Source: Cycas panzhihuaensis (lineage: Eukaryota; Plantae; Cycadophyta). Taken from it: a stretch of 64,000 nucleotides of DNA. The notes beneath the pieces are model-generated. The model worked only from the letters and a program-made list of their open reading frames with translations. It was not told where the DNA came from and did not search any database. The stretch is from assembly GCA_023213395.1 (NCBI GenBank), contig CM041465.1:140747741-140811740 (forward strand). Reading direction: 5' to 3'. Below are positions 59,495 through 64,000 of the stretch, piece after piece; the first letter of the stretch is position 1; each line of letters begins with the position of its first letter. Position numbers and translations under genes: made by a program.

Positions 59495-59714
59495 TTTTGA
59501 AAAAATGCAGATCAGAAACAAACAGAGAAAGGAATGAGATGATTTTCTATTGAGATTCAATTTACTTAAGTATACAAGAGTCATGAGTTGGTTACAACCA
59601 CTAATGTAACCAATCATTCAGATATTGCCAAGTGGCATGATCTCATGAGAGCATTTAAGGGTTGGTCTAACATGACCCCCTTTTCTGTCATAGATAAAAC
59701 ATTATATCTTAACA
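59495..59714 (-). repeat. 5' LTR of the young copia
   Basis: Matches 54516-54735, next to the PBS. Confidence 0.97.
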
Positions 59715-62700
59715 AATCATCCCTTTCAAGTATTTAAGGATCCTCTTTATAACATGCTAGTGACTTTATTTTGACACTACCATAAACTTAGATACCATTC
59801 CAATTGTAAAAGATATATTAGGTTTGGTAGTAACTAATATATTAGACTTCCCACTAGTTATCTATACAATGTTGAATCAACATCTAGTTCATCATCTTTC
59901 ACTATCAATATGGAAACTAGCTCCATGAGGTTAGTCATAGGTTTATAGTCAAGTATACTTTGCCTATGAGATGAAAATATGCTTAGGTCTTTGACATACT
60001 TCCACTCTAAGAAAGTTGTACTCCTTAAATCTATCATCTCAAAGTAATCAAATTTCATATGTATTTTTTACAGAATAAAAAAATCTAATTTAGTTTAATC
60101 ATTTTGAAGTCCACCTATATTAAACCTTAGCCCTTGATCACATAAGCTCTCCATGTGACTTCCTACTTACAAATCTTAGGGTTGATCCAGATTTCAAAAA
60201 ATATCAAAAATAATTAAAATTTTAATCACGCTTATAATTTTTTTTATGAATTTAAATAATCCTTTCAAAATATTTATTTATATAAATCTTTAAACTATAC
60301 TTGTTAAGTCTCCATTATTCAATCTATGGATTGTATGCATGCAAATTGCTTCTTTGTGGATGTATGTGATAATAGGGTCATGGCATTTTCTCTGTACATC
60401 TTCCTCCTTTCATATAGTTGGTGATTGATTTCTAGTATGGTAAGGGTTTTGCATAGAAATAGTTTTTCATGCATACCGAATTTTATAGATAACAAGTGGC
60501 AGTTCTATATTCTTTATCATAGGGTTGAGCACCTATCAATGATGATGTGACCAATCAATTATCAAGGAGTAGCATACCCCAAGGCAAAAGGGAAGAATAT
60601 AGTTTGGGCATGTTCTTTGATGTGTTTGGTGGATATAGGCAATCTTTGTATATAATGGTGTGGATTTATCCATGGTAGTAGTGGTGGAATATTAGAAATA
60701 CAAGCAATAAGAATCCATTACAATTTGTAGCATGCTTATGTCCTTTCTTGTCCCCTTCAAGTTGAATCAGATGCATTTTCTTTAAATGAAAAATAAAGAA
60801 ACCAACATTTTTCTAAAACTTCTAGAACTTAAAAAATCTTTCAGGACTAACATTTTATTCAAAATATTAGAACATTAGAGTAAGTTAAGATTGGAGTTTT
60901 TCATTGATCCTAATGATGGGTGACTACAAAATTAGTTTAATCCTTTGTGTCCTTTAGGACTAGATTTGCATAGCCTCCATACGTAATGTACAACTAGATT
61001 CCTTAGAGATATTAGATTCTATGATAGACATAATGGAGGAGCAAATGTATGTGAAATATAAAGAGGAGCTTATTTTGAATTATCATAGATTAAAGAGTTT
61101 CACATGCATACATAATCCTCCTCGTGCATAAACTTTATTCATCATGTACATATAATAACACAATTTTAAAACCTTAACTAGAATATGCATGTATCATGCT
61201 CATATATCATCAAACAATATCTACTTTTTATTCATATACCCTTTAATAATAATGCCTTCATATATGTTATTTTCATTACTTTACCACTACAATACTATTA
61301 AGTCATCATAAACATCACGTGCCACTATAATATTCTCATTTCATACCATTCAACAATATGGCCACATAAACATCTCATGTTATATACCTATCTATTTGTT
61401 GTAAAAAACTATCTCATACTTGTCAACTTACTACTTTTTATACTATACAAGCTTGTTCCCTATTTTTATCTCACTAATGGAGTATTGAATTCATTGTGGT
61501 AATGAATCTCTGATGTGATACACTTACAAAAGCCTTTACAAATGAATGAAATATTATATTTGGTGGACTACCTTGAATGCCTACATGCACTAGTATATGG
61601 ACCCAACATGTGTAAATAAATTATCCATAATAAATTAATATATCATAGTATACCATCAATTTACCTATTTCATCTTGTATATGTAGATCCATCTTGATCT
61701 CATTCATCACTTATTTGGACCTTGGACCTGGTCACATGTCACTAAAAAAGTACTTGTATATTTAAACTTCTAGCTCATTAAAATCACCTCATATTTAGCT
61801 CTTATACTAGCTCATATACTTGCTCTATTTCATTACCTCATTTTAGATTATCATATTAACTCAATAAGTTTCTTCCTATTACATAAGATCTTTTAACTAA
61901 CATGGATTTAATACCATGTTAGAAATTACTTTGATACTATGTTAAAAAATATAATTATACTCTAATACTATATGAGAAATATAGAATAACATAATAGAAT
62001 ATAGGATGTAAGTATAATGGTAGAATTAACTCATGAGAAATACATGCATATAAAGAATCAACATAAATTAATAATAGATTTATACATGGAAAACCCAATG
62101 TGGGAAAAGCTGCATATGAAGGTGTAGTTAAGAGCTCCTCTTAATGATTAGAATAATTATATCTCTAGGTCTTTGACCTTTCTCAAGTTCTCAAATGGTG
62201 TGTATATATTTATATTGATATTCAACTCATGAGTAGCCTATAGTGTCTCTTGAGCCTTTACATCATCCAGTAGTATAATCTTGGATATGTGTGTATCTCA
62301 CATATCTTAATGTATGTGAATGGTGGGATTATATATGTGTCATCTCACTAATATTAAATATTACATATGTGATAAATCACATATTCTAATAACTCTAATA
62401 TAGTACAAATATTAAGGGTAGGCTCATAACCCAAAGTTATAAGCCTAAAATAAATATTAATATTTAATAGTCTCCCTTAATATTTATTTCATTTTTCTTG
62501 ACACCTAAACCATCCCTAAGAGTCTAGAATCCATTATATGCTAATTGTTTAGTAAAAATATTAACTAATTATTCTTCTATCAGCATGTATATTATGTCAA
62601 GTACCCCTTTTTGGATTAATACTTGAATAAAGTAATGGTACACCTCAATATTCTTGGTGCAAGTGTATAATATATGATATGTTCCAATCTTTAAATTACT

Positions 62701-64000
62701 TTGATTATCACAATATAAGATAGTTGACTCTAATTATTATAGTACTATGTTCTCTAGAATCTATTATAATTAAATGGATTTGGTAACTAATATAACTACA
62801 ACTTTGTACCCTACTTCAGTAGAGGATAAAATTATATATATATATATTTTTTTACTCCATATAATGGTAGCTAAATGAAAACTAAAATAATATCTAGAAG
62901 TTAATATTTTATTATCTATGTAACTAACCCAATTAGGATATATGGATTCTATCAACTTGAAACTATCAAGATACTAGAATTTAAGTCTATAGTGAATCAT
63001 CCCTTTCAAGTATTTAAGGATCCTCTTTATAACATTCTAGTGACTTTATTTTGACACTACCATAAACTTGATACCATTCCAATTGTAAAAGATATATTAG
63101 GTTTGGTAGTAATTAGATATATTAGACTTCCCACTAGTTATCTATATAATGTTGAATCAACATCTAGTTCATCATCTTTCACTATCAATATGGAAACTAG
63201 CTCCATGAGGTTAGTCATAGGTTTATAGTCAAGTGTACTTTGCTTATGAGATGAAAATATGCTCAGGTCTTTGACATACTTCCACTCTAAGAAAGTTGTA
63301 CTCCTTAAATCTATCATCTCAAAGTAATCAAATTTCATATGTAATTTTTACATAATAAAAAAATCTAATTTAGTTTAATCATTTTGAAGTCCACCCATAT
63401 TAAACCTTAGCCCTTGATCACATAAGCTCTCCATGTGACTTCCTACTTATACATCTTAGGGTTGATCCAGATTTCAAAAAATATAAAAAATAATTAAAAT
63501 TTTAATCGCGCTTATAATTTCTTTTATGAATTTAAATAATCCTTTCAAAATATTTATTTATATAAATCTTTAAACTATACTTGTTAAGTCTCCATTATTC
63601 AATTTGTGGATTGCATGCATGCAAAATGCTTCTTTGTGGATGTATGTGATGATAGGGTCATGGCATTTTCTTTGTACATCTTCCTCCTTTCATATAGTTG
63701 GTAATTGATTTCTAGTATGGTAAGGGTTTTGCATAGAAATAGTTTTTCATGCATACAGGATTTTATAGATAACAAGTGGCAGTTCTATATTCTTTATCAT
63801 AGGGTTGAGCACCTATCGACCTAAATGATGATGTGACCAATCAATTATCAAGGAGTAGCATACCCTAAGGCAAAAGGGAAGAATATAGTTTGTCCATGTT
63901 CTTTGATGTGTTTGGTGGATATAGGCAATCTTTGTATATAATGGTGTGGATTTATCCATGGTAGTAGTGGTGGAATATTGGAAATACAAGCAATAAGAAT

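Larger units (their letters stand above)
54516..59714 (-). mobile_element. Relatively young full-length Ty1/copia retrotransposon (5199 bp)
   Basis: 220-bp LTRs at 54516-54735 and 59495-59714 with 8 differences. TSD AATCA at 54511-54515 and 59715-59719. PPT AGAGGGGG at 54736-54743, PBS TGGTATCGAGGC at 59483-59494. The empty site is visible in the other array units. Confidence 0.98.
47025..64000 (-). repeat. Head-to-tail array of ~3.28-kb LTR-internal units of a non-autonomous copia derivative; runs off the window end
   Basis: Marker ACATGGAAAAC at 47031, 50316, 53600 and 62084 (periods 3285, 3284, and 3280 after removing the 5204-bp insertion). Shared 553-bp LTRs at 50149-50701, 53433-53985 and 61917-62469, plus a truncated one at 47025-47416. 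Confidence 0.97.

Overview
This is an AT-rich (roughly 30% GC by eye), CpG-depleted land-plant nuclear region. It has no intact host gene and is built almost entirely from nested LTR retrotransposons decayed by C>T/G>A transitions. From left to right it contains: a non-autonomous LTR element (586-3269); a possible DNA-transposon remnant; a decayed Ty1/copia (A) interrupted by non-autonomous element B (11192-14660); a Ty3/gypsy remnant interrupted by element C (19773-23548), a sister of B; two more decayed copia elements (D, E); an unresolved repeat-like tract; and, from 44.7 kb to the window end, a head-to-tail array of about 3.28-kb LTR-sharing units. A younger Ty1/copia (54516-59714, TSD AATCA) sits in one unit of the array. 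The best candidate for a new system is the B/C family: a non-coding LTR scaffold whose central cargo differs between copies. B carries an intronless Sec14/CRAL-TRIO fragment fused in frame to an ITN1-like ankyrin fragment, and C carries an NRP/SET histone-chaperone fragment. A second unusual signal is a stack of three tRNA-Met primer-binding sites at the U5 end of the array LTRs. All alignments and counts were made by eye; no database searches were run.
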